Positions 51,827 to 63,878 of a stretch of DNA of 64,000 nucleotides are shown in pieces; the stretch's first letter is position 1; the number at the start of each line of letters is the position of its first letter. The notes under the pieces were generated by a model. That model ran no database searches, was not told where the DNA came from, and saw only the letters and a list, made by a program, of their open reading frames with translations. The DNA is taken from assembly GCF_018977255.1 (NCBI RefSeq), contig NW_024704742.1, forward strand, positions 78,742,001 through 78,806,000, in the 5' to 3' direction. The DNA is from Callorhinchus milii. Taxonomy: Eukaryota. A program made the position numbers and the translations under genes.

Positions 51827-52569
51827 CTGCAAGACAAAATTGGCGTCCGCACATCAGTATACTAGTGAAAGAAATCACAATGGACCACATGTTCCTCTCC
51901 TATTAAAACCAGATTCATATCTTAATATGTAAGGGGCAGCTGAAACCATCAGACTGTCCCTTGAATTGTTTCCAATGTAGCCATCACTGGGGACACAATA
52001 GCCCCTTTTTTATATCTAGCTTTACTTTTCCTTAACCCTGATGCTGTTTGACTGCTTTTCTTCTGAGGTAAGGTTCCATTGGTGGAAGTCTCTCTCCAGT
52101 ATTTCGAACATTTGTCAGTGTTAGCAGACTATTCAAATGAGGCGGCATTGGGGTGGGGGTATGGCAATATACTCTCATTGTCTGCTGATGCTGAGGCCAA
52201 TTGCTCCACACCAGGATGTTGAACTGATAATCTAGACTGCCATTGTGTTCAGCACTTGGGCAGTGTTGCATTGTCAGATGAGATGTAAAACCAAGATCCT
52301 GTCTGCTTGTTCAAGTGAACATCAACAATCCCTTGACACAATTGGAAACAAAAAGGTAATTTCTCCCAGTCTCTTAGCCAACAGACAAATTGGTCATTCA
52401 CCTTATGACTGTTTGTGAAGCTTCCTGCGTACACATTGATCTACAAATCCACAGTCACTACATAAAACAGCAATTACCTGTGAAGTGCTCTGGGATGTTT
52501 TCATCTGCTAAGATATTATAGAAATCCAAATAGTTTATTTCCCTACTGCAGTGCAACAAAAAAAATTAC

Positions 52570-52658
52570 CTAAATGGATGTATCCATGGCCCTGGAAAAA
52601 AGCACCTTCAGTTACTGCAGTAAAACAAGGCCCTGTTCCCACTGCTACCTCTGAGGTC
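52570..52658 (-). CDS. Laminin-alpha-like LG4/LG5 junction exon (TSEVAVGTGPCFTAVTEGAFFQGHGYIHL)
   Basis: C-x5-EG-x-F-F-x-G-x-G-Y junction typical of laminin alpha chains. 89 nt, phase 2 to 1. Confidence 0.9.
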
Positions 52659-53288
52659 CTGAAAATATAATAAACAGTAAAGATAATTAAAAATAGTTTT
52701 CTTGTGCTGGGTTTTATCACTAACATTTTAAGGACATCTTTATTGGGCTGTCTCAAAACTTCTTGGGTGTTGGTGATATCATTGTTAGTTGCCAGCTCAG
52801 TTGGTAGCACTCATGCCTCTGAGTTAGAAGATTATGGGTTCATAAGGAGGTCACAGAGTTTGGTGTGGGAGAGGACACGGGCTGCAGAGTTCTGGATTAT
52901 CTGCAGCCTGTGGAGGGAGGAGTTAGGAAGGCCGACAAGCAGAGTGTTTTCATAGTTGAGCCTGAGGTGATGAAGGCATGAACAAGAGTTTCAGCGGCCT
53001 GAGGGGTGAGGTAGTGGCGGAGTCGGGCAAGCACTGGTGTGATTTGCCCTCCAATAGTCTGCCCAAGTGAGTGATAAGAGATTATTGGCCAGCTATTTCA
53101 CTATGCATACTTTCATAGCCAAGTACAATCCTGCCCTCACCTGAAATTCACACGAATGGGAGAGGGAGCAGGTAGGGGGGTTAACTCGTAATTGTAAAAG
53201 AATTAACAACAACAAGAACTTGCATTTAAGTAGCGCCCTTCATGCCAGGTGACATCTCGGAGTGCTTGAATTAAGTGTTAAAACTTAC

Positions 53289-53371
53289 AATAGAAGGAAG
53301 TTCACTGCTGGAATGTCTTGATTCGCACTGATTTCCAGCTTCTGAATACATCCCTGGAATCCACTTGGTAA
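53289..53371 (-). CDS. Laminin-alpha-like LG4 exon (LPSGFQGCIQKLEISANQDIPAVNFLL)
   Basis: FQGCI LamG motif. 83 nt, phase 0 to 2, donor GTAAGT. Confidence 0.87.
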
Positions 53372-53959
53372 CTAATAAGCATATAAGTTAAAAATGACTA
53401 TATCAATAGTTACAGTTATATCAAATTATTACTGGGTCAGAAGGTTGTCTGTTCAAGACCCACTTCTGGATTTGAGTTAAAGTCATACTCTCGTTCAGTA
53501 CTGGCGAGTGATACATTGAGTGATATGATATGCCATCTTTCACTGTTCTGAGCAATCTCACATTGCTCTTTCAGTATAGCAGGGGCATTAGAGTAGCTGG
53601 TTCACCATTTGTACCAGCATTTTCTGATCAGTAACATGTTGTTATGCTAGATATAGATATTCTGAAATTTTAATTTGAAAAACTTTGGTGGGGTTAAGAA
53701 GAAAGTGAAAAAAAAGTGTTCTATATGAAGAAAGCACATTATTTGTGGCTGGTGAAAGGAAGAGGATTAATAGAAATGGTCTTTTCTTGTTCCCTGCTGT
53801 CTTATGTTGGCATCAATTTGCTGTACTCAAGGTAGTTTAGTATATTTGCTGATAATTTAATGAAACCAGCCATTCCTTAATTGTTAAATGGTCCTGTTAA
53901 CTGGTTTCAAATTAACCTTGGTGCTGGCTATGTTTGGTGATCTGAATGCCTATCATTAC

Positions 53960-54139
53960 CTGACAGCCTTGCAGTTGTTGGAATAAATTACGTGGAACAC
54001 CTCCAACATAGAAAGGTGTTATCTGAGATCCTTGCAGCCGGATATAGGTCACCCGTGACGAGCTAGCCTTATTATTGGTGTAATCTCGCCGTTCTGTGTT
54101 CACAATGGCTAGGAAATCATTAATCCTCAACACCAGGAT
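53960..54139 (-). CDS. Laminin-alpha-like LG4 exon (ILVLRINDFLAIVNTERRDY...TPFYVGGVPRNLFQQLQGCQ)
   Basis: FYVGGVP LamG motif. 180 nt, phase 0/0, canonical splice sites. Confidence 0.9.
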
Positions 54140-55209
54140 CTGGGAAGTGATGAGAAAAATATATTAAATCATGAGTTTATGCCCTGTATGTTCTTCAGCA
54201 ATTCACACCTATCTCACCAACAAATCAAAAAGAAAACACCCACCTCTGGGCCAGAAGGTTGAGGGTTCAAGCCCCACTTTAAGACTTTGAGGTCACAGTA
54301 TATTGCTGGATTTTATCTTGGGATTTGGAGCTCACAGACACATGCGGAGTCCCGTAGCATAGTGGTCAGCATGCTTGCCACAGTTCCTCCGGCTCGCCCA
54401 CTCCCTTGCCTCCTTCAAGACCTTCCTCTTACACCGTGCCTTCGGTCACCCTCCTACCCCTACCCTCCACCCCTCCTAATACCAACCACCAGCTCGGGTG
54501 CAGATCCCTGACTGTCCAGTGCCTTGGGACATCCTCCTGACATGAAAGATAGTATACAAATTGAAAATACAAAGAAAAGTGAGAAAACCGGGGTTCGATT
54601 CCCAGGTTCCCCACTGTTTACCTAGCAATAAGTAAGAACCCAGTTGTTAGTCGATTGGCGGATTGTTTTCCAGGAGTAATAGACCCTCCTCCCAAAAAAT
54701 GTGATTATTCAATCCACAATGTATGTGGGACATTGCTGTGCACAATTGACTGCTGCGTTTCACCCACAAATACTCAGTATATTGTATACTGTGAAGCTCT
54801 TTGAGATATCAATATGATGTATATCAAATGCAAGGATTATTATTATTATTGTTGCTGTGCACAAAACTGACTGCCATGTTTGTCTGTAAGTACACAGTTA
54901 CTCCACTTGACAGTAATTTCTTATGTAGCACTTTGAGATGTTTCGATTTTATAGGCCCTATATCAAATGGATGGATTATTTATTCAAACTCCAATAAAAG
55001 GTTTAAATCAAATAAAGGAAATTGCAACACTCTGTAGTAATGACAGTCACAAATAGATGTGAAATCTCATACAAAAGAAAAATCCCTAAAATTGCTGATT
55101 GTGATCGATTCTATTGGCAACAACTTTATTTGTTTGTTATTACTAGAAAAAGTGCAGTCAAAATTGGATAAAATCTGATAGTATACTTACATTTTTATTT
55201 TACGATTCT

Positions 55210-56030
55210 ATGGAGAGGTCAGAGTGCAAGTGGGAGGGAGCGTTGAAATGGTAAGAAACTGGAAGCTTAGGGTTGTGCTTGCGGATAGAACAGAGATGTT
55301 CAGCAAATCGATCGCCCAATCTGTGTTTTGTCTCCCCAATGTAGAGGAGACCACATCGTGAGCAGCGAATGCAGTGAACTACATTGGTGGTAATGCACGT
55401 AAATCACTGTCTCACTTGAAATCTGTGTTTGAGGCCCTGGATAGTAGTGTGGGAGGAGGTGAAAGGACAGGTATTCCACCTCCTGCGCTGGCATGTGAAA
55501 GTGCCGGGGGAAGGAGAGCAACTGTTGGTGGTGATGGAGGAATGAACCAGGGAGTCATTGGAGAGAAAGGTCCCTTCGGAATGCTGAGAAGGGAGGGGAG
55601 GGAACAACAAAAACAACTTGGATTTATATAGCGCCCTCCACGCCGGACGGCGTCTCAGAGTGCTTAGAGGGAAAGATATGCTTAGTGGTTGGATCATGCT
55701 GGAGGTGCCAGAAATGGCAGAGAATTATTTTTTGGATGTTGAGGCTGGTGGGTTGGAAGGTGAGGACTAGGGGACCCCATCACGGTTCTGTGAAGAGGGG
55801 TAAAGGGTGAGGGCAGAGTTGCGGGAAATAGGGCAGACACGGTCAAGGGCCCTGCCTACCACAGTGGATAAGCATCCTCAGTTGAGGAAAAAGGAAGACG
55901 TTTCAGCTGCTCTGGTGTGAAAGGTGGCATCGTCAGAGCAGACGCAGCAGAGGCAGAGAAACTGGGAAAAGGGAACGGAATCTTTACAGGAGATGAAGTG
56001 GGAGGAGGTGTAGTACAGGTAACTGTGGGG
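55210..56030 (-). mobile_element. Penelope-like element fragment with GIY-YIG endonuclease remnant
   Basis: Minus strand reads ...CITTNVVHCIRCSRCGLLYIGETKHRLGDRFAEH. A short L2-type tail is inserted at ~55603-55667. Confidence 0.85.
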
Positions 56031-56159
56031 ATAATAATCCTTGCATTTGATACAGAGCCTTATATATTTGAGATGTCACAAAGCACTTCACAGGATTTAC
56101 TGCAAAGTGGTGTATCTGTGTGTGCGAGAATGCTGGAGTACTTGCTGTAAGACCATTAG

Positions 56160-56582
56160 ATTACCAGTCCTTGCCAGGCTCCGCTGGCTCCCAATTACCG
56201 AATGGATCGATTTCAAGATCCTCACTCTCGTTTTCAAATCCCTTCATGCCCTCACACCTCCCTACCCATCCGATCTGCTTACCACCCACTCCATCTCCGC
56301 TCAGCTGGCTCCAGCCTCCAGTCCCTCGTCCCTTCCGCTCCACCATTAGTGGCGGTGCCTTCAGCCACTACATCCCGAAACTCTGGAACTCTCCCTCAAT
56401 CCCTTCTGCCCTGCCCCCTTCCTCACCTTTCAAATCCCACCTAAAGACCTTCCTTTTTGATCATGATTACGGTCCCCTCCCCCCCTCTCCCCCTTGTCAG
56501 AGTCAGACTCCCCCACTGTCAAGCGCTCTGGGACGCTACCCCACGTGAAGGGCACTACATAAGTGCAAGTTTTGTTGTTGTA
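56160..56582 (+). mobile_element. L2 3' fragment
   Basis: PVLARLRWLPITEWIDFKILTLVFKSLH plus (GTT)n tail. Confidence 0.88.
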
Positions 56583-56712
56583 ATGAAACAGAATTCCTGT
56601 GGAACACTGATTTTTCAGGCAAGTTCCTCTGAAAACCCGACAAGCAAGTCTACAGGTAGTAAATTGATACAGAAAGCACCTGTTGGTTGTTTGGTGGTTG
56701 CATTGCACTCAC

Positions 56713-56926
56713 CTCCCACCACTGTCCATTGTTATAGCGGAATTTGGTAATAATACTCAACACAGTGAAAGTCTGAGCATCCGCCTTTTCTGTCGAAACT
56801 TTAAACTCGATGTAACCATCAACCAAATAGAGGGCAACGTAAGCCCGAGGATCAGTCAAAGAGTCAGCCACAAAACACAGGATGCCATCTGCTGCGTGTG
56901 TTCGGAACTTCATCGAAATAATGAAA
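56713..56926 (-). CDS. Laminin-alpha-like LG4 exon (FIISMKFRTHAADGILCFVADSLTDPRAYVALYLVDGYIEF...YNNGQWWE)
   Basis: LamG motifs FRT...DGIL, YVALYLVDG and NGQW. 214 nt, phase 2 to 0, donor GAG|GTGAGT. Confidence 0.92.
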
Positions 56927-57547
56927 CTAAGAGAAAAAAAACTAAAGTCATTAAAAACATTATCAAGAATCATCCATCAAGTTGGGTTTGATGTTTATCT
57001 ACCAGATGGTCTAACAATACTGTGCTTGCAGCCAAAGTGACCCATTAATGAGGACAGATGTTTTATAGATAGCGTTAATGATTGCTGAGAGTATAGAAAC
57101 ATCTGGAGAAATTGTGCATGTGGTGCCTAAAGATTTTGAAGATCTATTCTAGGCTGACATAAATGGTTTAGCAGGTGGTGTTCACTCTGCATTTGAACTT
57201 ATTCAAACAAGAAACAGAGCACTGTAGGGATGAGGTACCGTGAGGGAAAGTTCATGCAGATGATTTTGGATTGATGTAGAATTTTGTTCACATCTTCCTG
57301 ATTGAGAAGACTGAACTGTAGACTAGGATATTCCATAACACATTAAAATAATAATAATCCTTATATTTGATATAGTGCTTTACCAATTCTTTGAGACGTT
57401 TCAAAGCCCTTCACAGAATAAAGTGAATTGACTTCTTATATATTTTATGGACGAAAAGCTAAATATGTTAGCTACAGGCTTTGTAGGATAGTGTCAGCCT
57501 GGCTCAGCTGGTAGCATTCTCGCTTCTGAGTCAGAAGGTTGTAGGTT

Positions 57548-58812
57548 AGGAACATAGGAACTGAAGGAGGCCATTCAACCCTTCGAGCCTGTTCTACCAT
57601 TTAATTAGATCATGGCTGACCTGTACCTCAACTAATCCTTTCAATTCCAATTCCCGCTTTCTTCCCATATCCCTTAATACCCTAACCCAAAAATCTACCA
57701 ACCTCACTCTTGAAGGTGTGGATGGATCCAACATCCACGGTCTTTTGGGGGAGAATTCCAGATTTCTACCACCCTTTGAGTGAAAAAATGCTTCCTGATT
57801 TCACTCTTAAATGGCCTGGTTCTAATATTAAGACTATGCCCCTTGTTTTGGATTCCCCCACCAGAGGAAATAGCTTCTCCGTATGGACCCTATCAAATCC
57901 CTCCATCATCTTAAATACCTCAATCAAATCACCCCTCAACCTTCTAAACTCAAGGGAATACAATCTAAGTTTACACAGCCTTTCCTCATAACTTAACCCT
58001 TTTAGCCCTGGTAACATTCTGGTGAACCTGCGCTGCACCCCTCCAGGGCCAATATATCTTTCCTGAGTGTGGTACCCAAAACTGAATGCAGTACTCCAGA
58101 TGGGGTCTGACTAATGCTCTATACAGCTGAAGCATCATTTCTTCCCCTTTGTATTCCAGGCCTCTTGAGATAAGGCCTCTTTGCAAGCGAGAGACCCGAG
58201 TTCAATTCCAGGCAGGGCGAAACCTTGGGCAAGTTTCCTTACTCCACACAGAGCCTAATAATAATCCCTCCAAAACAAAAACAATAAATTGGTCATTTTC
58301 AATCTGTGACTGTTTGTGGGACATTGCTGTGCGCAATTGGCTGCCGCGTTCGCCCACAAATATACAGTCAATTCACTTTACAGTATATTCTGTGAAGCGC
58401 TTTGGGATGTCTAGAAGATGTGAAAAGCGCTATATTAAATGCAAGGATTATTATTATTTTTATTATAAAGGCAAACATTCCATTCACCTTTTTGATTACC
58501 TTTTGCAGCTGGGAACTAGTTTTTAGTGATTTGTGGAATCCCTTTGCTCCTCCACAGTTTTTAATTTCTCCCCATTAAGAAAATATTCTGCTTTATTTTT
58601 TTCGGTCCATAGTGGATGACCTCATACTTCCCTGCATTGAATTCCATCTGTCACAGCTTTGTCCACACACTTAATCTGTCTAAGTTCCTTTGTAACTTCC
58701 TACTCCCATCTACACAATTTACTGAGCCTCCTAGCTTAATGTCGTCTGCAAATTTGGATAGAAAACCTTCTATTCCTTCATCCAAGTCATTTATATATAT
58801 GGTGAACAGCTG
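57548..58812 (-). mobile_element. CR1 3' ~1 kb, interrupted by a SINE
   Basis: SKFADD, LYRALVRPHLEYCIQFW, QRRFTRMLPGLKGLSYEERL...RGDLIEVFK and a (TTCCTATG)-type tail. Confidence 0.92.
58177..58466 (+). mobile_element. Short-subfamily SINE inserted in CR1
   Basis: Family body flanked by ATAAGGC and ATAAAGGC, a possible target-site duplication. Confidence 0.9.
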
Positions 58813-60372
58813 ATGTTCAAGCCCCAAATTGGGATTTGGAACTCACGTAATCTAAGATGAGACTGCAATAGTATGCTGCATTGTTAGAGGTTCCATCCTT
58901 TGGATGAGACATTAAAACAAGATCACATCTGTCTGAAGACCCCATTGTACTATTCAGAAAGGGAAAGGAGTATCCTATGGTGTCCTGGTCAACAGTCACC
59001 CAATAAAATTAGTCAATAAATTATATCTAGACCCAGGTGGAATTTCTACCCACACAAGTTGTAATTTTAACCTCGTGATTTCCTTAAAGTACTTTATAAG
59101 AATTGTTTTCTCTGATGCATTTTTTATCACCATTGCCAGTGTTTCCATTTCCCTTGAGGGGACAGGCCAATCTGAAAGCATTCCTCGGATATTTGGCCTT
59201 GGGCTCGAAGGGAGATTTACTAATGTCATTTGCTGGTTTTGCAATCAATGGATAGAACAAACATAGGAATGAATGCCCTTTTATGTTCAATGCACCTGTA
59301 GCTCAGATTATTGTTATTCATGAGATCTATTTTCATAATCATACAGTGATAAAATACAGATATAAGCTTAAATGCATTTATTTATGATGATTAACCATAA
59401 TGTGCAAATCTAACCTGATTTCCTTCCAATGAGTCTTTGATCTATGTAAAAAAAACAGCTATCTTCCTTAGCTCGTTACTTTGGAAAGGATTTTTTAAAA
59501 AAACCTCATTACTTTGGAAAGGATTTTTAAAAAAGCCACAAACATAGTTGACAAGGAACATTTTGATCTATTTGATCAATGCAAAATGAGTCTGTTACAA
59601 ATTGTGAAGGGGTTCAGATGTTTGAAAGCCTAAAGCAGTCATGTTTTGAATAAATGTGTTCAAAAATACATTTTCGTTCTTTGATTCTGTGCAAAACCTG
59701 ATAAATATTTATCTGCCAAAGGGTGAAATATGGATCAAAGAGAATCTAGCTCCTTCAAATGGATGGATAATACAATGGGAATATTACACTAATGATAGTA
59801 AATTAAAGGCTGAAACGTGCACTATGTGACTTTTCATCTCTCACCTCTATTTGTGATATCATTGTGACTATTTTGGCTGTTTATGATCAGGTGAGAAGAA
59901 CATTAAGCTGAAAAAATCACCAGTGGTGTGTAATCCAGTGTTGTTACTGAAACACAAGTTCTTTGCAAATTTCAAAATATTGTTCTTCCAAAGAGGTGAC
60001 CGGATTAGAAGAGCAGAACCATAGAAAATGATAGTCCAGAAGGCCATTCGGACCATTATGTCTATGCTTGCTCCTTTAAAGAGCATTTCTATCAGTCCAT
60101 TTACCTGGCCTTTTCCCATACACCTGTAGTTTCCTCCTTTTAGATATGAATCTAGTTTTCTTTGAAAGCTAATATGGATACTGCTTAAACTACCAACCTC
60201 AGTAGGGCATTCCATATCCTAACTGGTGTGCATGAAAATAGTTCCCCTAACCTCCCCATTTGTCCATTTGCTACTTACCTTAAATTGAAGCCCTCCAGTC
60301 ATTGATCAAAATATATCTACTAAAACCTTCTTTTTTTTTTGACATTTACTTGGTCATTTGTTTGTCACATAC

Positions 60373-60612
60373 CTGGATAAAAGATGCCTCTGCAATGTGG
60401 CGTCTACATGGTACTGCAGAAAGCTTTCGTAGTTCAGCCCCATTTGGACTCCAGCTGGATCAATGAGGAGGTCCAAAGGAGAACAGCTTGATGTATGAGG
60501 AAGGAGCGAGACAATCGGGAGTGGAGCTGCCTGGGTGGGAGGAGGTGAAACGCCAGCTGAGGAGATGCTCCGTGCGGACATTAAAATAGATGGCTTGTAG
60601 TAATCCACAAAT
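60373..60612 (-). CDS. Laminin-alpha-like LG3-LG4 hinge and start of LG4 (FVDYYKPS...SPPPTQAAPLP...SCSPLDLLIDPAGVQMGLNYESFLQYHVDATLQRHLLS)
   Basis: 240 nt, phase 2/2, donor CAG|GTATGT. Pro-rich hinge followed by a C...GxQxGL...S pattern like the start of LAMA1/2 LG4. Confidence 0.85.
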
Positions 60613-61045
60613 CTGTTACAAACACAAGAGTCATGGAGATATTGTAGACTAGGAAGCAGCGGACAGGAAAATAAGTGGGTATTGTATAAGATGTTCAGAT
60701 GAGATGTTAAACTGAGGATCTATCTGCCTGTTTAGGTTTATGTTAAAATTTCATGGAACTATTTGAAAATAAAAAGGAGTCTCTCCAGGTGTCTGCCCCC
60801 CAAATAAAATTTGACATTTTTGACTTTTTGGCTATTTGTGGAACATTGTTTTGGCAAATTGACTCTCACACTTTCCTACAACAAGAAACACTACACTTGA
60901 CAGTATATCCTGTGAAGTGCTTTAAGATATTCTCCTAATGTGAAATAGGTATATCAAATGTAAGGATTAGTAGTATTATTCAATCATATATGCCTGAAAT
61001 TTTTAGTAATATTTGTAATTCATATTAATCTGTTTGCACATTGAT

Positions 61046-61283
61046 GGATAGAATTTCCACTGGCCTAGATTTACTCTATTAATGTAACATTTCAGAGGGT
61101 CCAGAAATTGTCAATTTCTTTAAAAAAAAGTCTTTAACTTTGAAGCCAGGTTTCTGTAAAGTTCTCTTAAGAACCACATAAAATGGATTTCAAAGTAAAA
61201 GCTGAAGTTAATAATTTGTCAATTCTGCACATTGAAACATGCTGCATTTAATAGAGAAATCTCGACCCAGGTGAAATTCCATC
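61046..61283. mobile_element. Palindromic MITE-like element; second copy at 63186-63760 (split by a SINE), partial copy at ~10183-10300
   Basis: Long imperfect terminal inverted repeats (GATAGAATTTCC...AGATTTACTCTATTAA / TTAATAGAGAAATCT...GAAATTCCATC) and shared interior AGTCTTTAA.TTTGAAGCC...TTTCTGTAA.GTTCT.TTAAGAAC. Confidence 0.7.
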
Positions 61284-62194
61284 ACATACATTGTTTGCAT
61301 AAGGTGTTGGAATTGATTTATTTACTCTTTGTAATAGGGTAGACTTGGCTCTTTCCCATGAGGTTATAACAGATTGCTTCAACCATCAAAACATGCTGAG
61401 CATGCAACCTTTCCATATGGCAACAGAAATATCCATGTTGTAAACAACAAAACCAGCTTGTTACACTGCAAGTCATCTTTACGAGGAGGTGATTTAACAA
61501 GTATTTAATAGGAGTAAGTATACAAACAGGTGCTAGCAAAGGTTGAAGGGTTACACTTGAAGGATGGGTACTTGGTGAAGGTCTCAACAGGTACCTACAT
61601 AGGCACCAGTCAATGCCTGAACTGGTAGAATGGAGAGACACTGACTGGAAGGTGATTACTAAATATTCGTAATACAGGTAGATTTGTTTATTATCATTGA
61701 TTAAATATCAGGCTGCTGGATGAAAACTGTCAGATTAGGGCTATGACATTGAAGATATTTTTACGAATGAAACACAATGGACGGAGATGATAATAATAAT
61801 AATAATCCTTGCATTTCATATAGTGCCTTATCTGTACTCTGTACCTCTGTTCCCCATCCTTTTCAAACTTGATTGGCTTCAATCCCTTCATCTTGGCCCC
61901 TCTCTTCTTATTTTCAGGTTGTGCTTGATGACCTTCCTCTTTGACCTTGCCTACAGTCACCTTTCCCCTCCCCCTGGCTCGGCATCAAGCTCTGCCATTG
62001 TTAAGTGTTTGGCGTCTGGCGTGAAGGTCTTTATATAAATGCAAGTTGTTATTGAGACATGTCAACAAGCTTCACTTGATATACTGTAAAGTGTATTGAC
62101 TGTGTATTTTGTGGGTGAAACTAATTCAGATATTAAGCATTGTGAGAGGATAACTGTACCCAAAGCCACAGATCACAAGAGAGGTTCAGATGAA

Positions 62195-63040
62195 AAACAA
62201 CAACAAAATTACATTTGTATAGCGCCTTTCATGTCGGGTGGACATGCCAAGGCACTGGCCACTCAGTGTTTTGGACCCGGGCTGGGAGGATAGAGGGTAG
62301 GGGGGAAGGAGGGTGACTGAAGGTACGGTTGAAGAGGAAGGTCTTGAGATGGGTCTTGAAGGAGGCAAGGGAGGAGGCATGCGGAGGGTCTGCAGGATGG
62401 AGTTCCAGAGGGTGAGGGTAGAGTGGCAGATGGTCCGCCCGCCAATGATGGGACAGACGAGCCAGGGGAGGTGAGGCAGGCCGGAGTCCCTGAGAGGAGG
62501 GAGGGGGCAGGTTGGTAGGGGTTTAGGAGGTTGCAGTGGTAGGGGGAAGCAAGACCATGGAGGGCTTTGAAGGTGAGGACCAGGATCTTGAACTGTATCT
62601 TCTGTGTAATGGGAAGCCAGTGGAGTTGGGCGAGGATGGGGGTGATAGGGTCGTAGAGCCTGGTTTCGAGAGTGGACATGGACTGCAAAGTTCTGGTTGA
62701 TCTGCAGCTTATGGAGGGAAGCATTGGGGAGGCCGACAAGCAGGGAGTTTCTGTAGTCAAGCCTGAATGTTATGAATGCGTGTATGAGGTATTGAAGGCA
62801 GCAGAGAGGTCAAGGAGGATAAGGAAGCAGAGGGAACCCTGGTCGCAGATGGACAAAATGTCGTTTGTCACTTTGACCAAAGCTGCTTCTGTGCTGTGGG
62901 CGGCACGGAAACCCGGTTGAAGGGGTTCGTGAAGGGAGTTGCGGGAGAAGAAAGAGCAAAGCTGGGAAGCAATGGCTTTTTCCAAGACCTTGGAAAGGAA
63001 AGGGAGGTTGGAGATGGGACAGTAGTTGGAGAAAGTCTTT
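62195..63040 (-). mobile_element. L2 fragment including part of the RT domain, internally deleted
   Basis: QPGFRAAHSTEAALVKVTND...LILLDLSAAFNT joined directly to the LHWLPITQKIQFK region. Confidence 0.9.
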
Positions 63041-63405
63041 CAACTCATTTGATCACTTCCTTCCAGAACACCCATCCTACTATCCTCCCATTACAGTATC
63101 CAGCTCAAAAGAGACCAACGTCCTGGGCTCAACCATCCTTCTTGGTGACCTATTCTTCTTGCAGTAGAGCCCTATCATACCTATAGGGTAAAATTCTACC
63201 CTAGTGTAGATTTAACTTATTATCAGAACACTTCAGAGCATCTAGAATTTCTCAAATCTGTATTTAAATACAGTCTTTAATTTTGAAGCCGTTTTTCTGT
63301 AAGTTCTTTTAAGAACTTTTGAAGAACCGTTCTGAAAGTTTAAAAATGAATTCAACAAGTTGGCAAATTCTGAGCACTCTGAAATGTGACTTTAATAGAG
63401 TAAAT

Positions 63406-63724
63406 ATAATAATAATAATAATCCTTGCATTTGATATAGCGCTTTTCACGTCGGGAGGACATCCCAAAGCGCTTCATAGAACACATTGTAAAGTGAATTG
63501 ACTGTATATTTGTGAGCGAACGCGGCAGCCAATTGCGCGAAGCAATGTCCCACAAACAGTCATGGATTGAAAATGACCAATTTATTATTGTTTTGTTTTT
63601 TTGGAGGGATTATTATTAGGAGTGTGGAGTAAGGAAACTTGCCCAAGGTTTCGCCCTGCCTGGAATTGAACTCAAGTCTCTCACTTGCAAAGCGAGTGCT
63701 CTAACCACTGAGCTACAGGACTCC
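63406..63724 (-). mobile_element. Full-length short-subfamily SINE
   Basis: Near-identical to 28148-28457 in reverse complement. Confidence 0.92.
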
Positions 63725-63878
63725 ACAGGTGAAAATATGGTCCCAAGTGAAATTTTACCCATCGTCATTGCATAGCTTGACTCTATAATGTTTGTGTTTT
63801 AAGGTTTGTCAGATAGTGTAATCATCCTCATCTGCATCTCTTGTTTTTTCAGACCTAAGTGTCTGAGATGGGACTTAC

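Noticed and set aside
59084..59290. 68-aa minus-strand ORF in a laminin-like intron
   Set aside because: No LamG motifs and no convincing splice sites.
59845..59946. Extra minus-strand exon of the laminin-like gene
   Set aside because: It has splice-like ends but stops in all three frames, and the flanking exons already join in phase 2.
61595..61644. Exon SVSLHSTSSGIDWCLC that might supply the LG3 cysteine
   Set aside because: It would start in phase 0 while the upstream exon ends in phase 2, its donor is weak, and the direct 63879-60612 join already gives a good LamG alignment.
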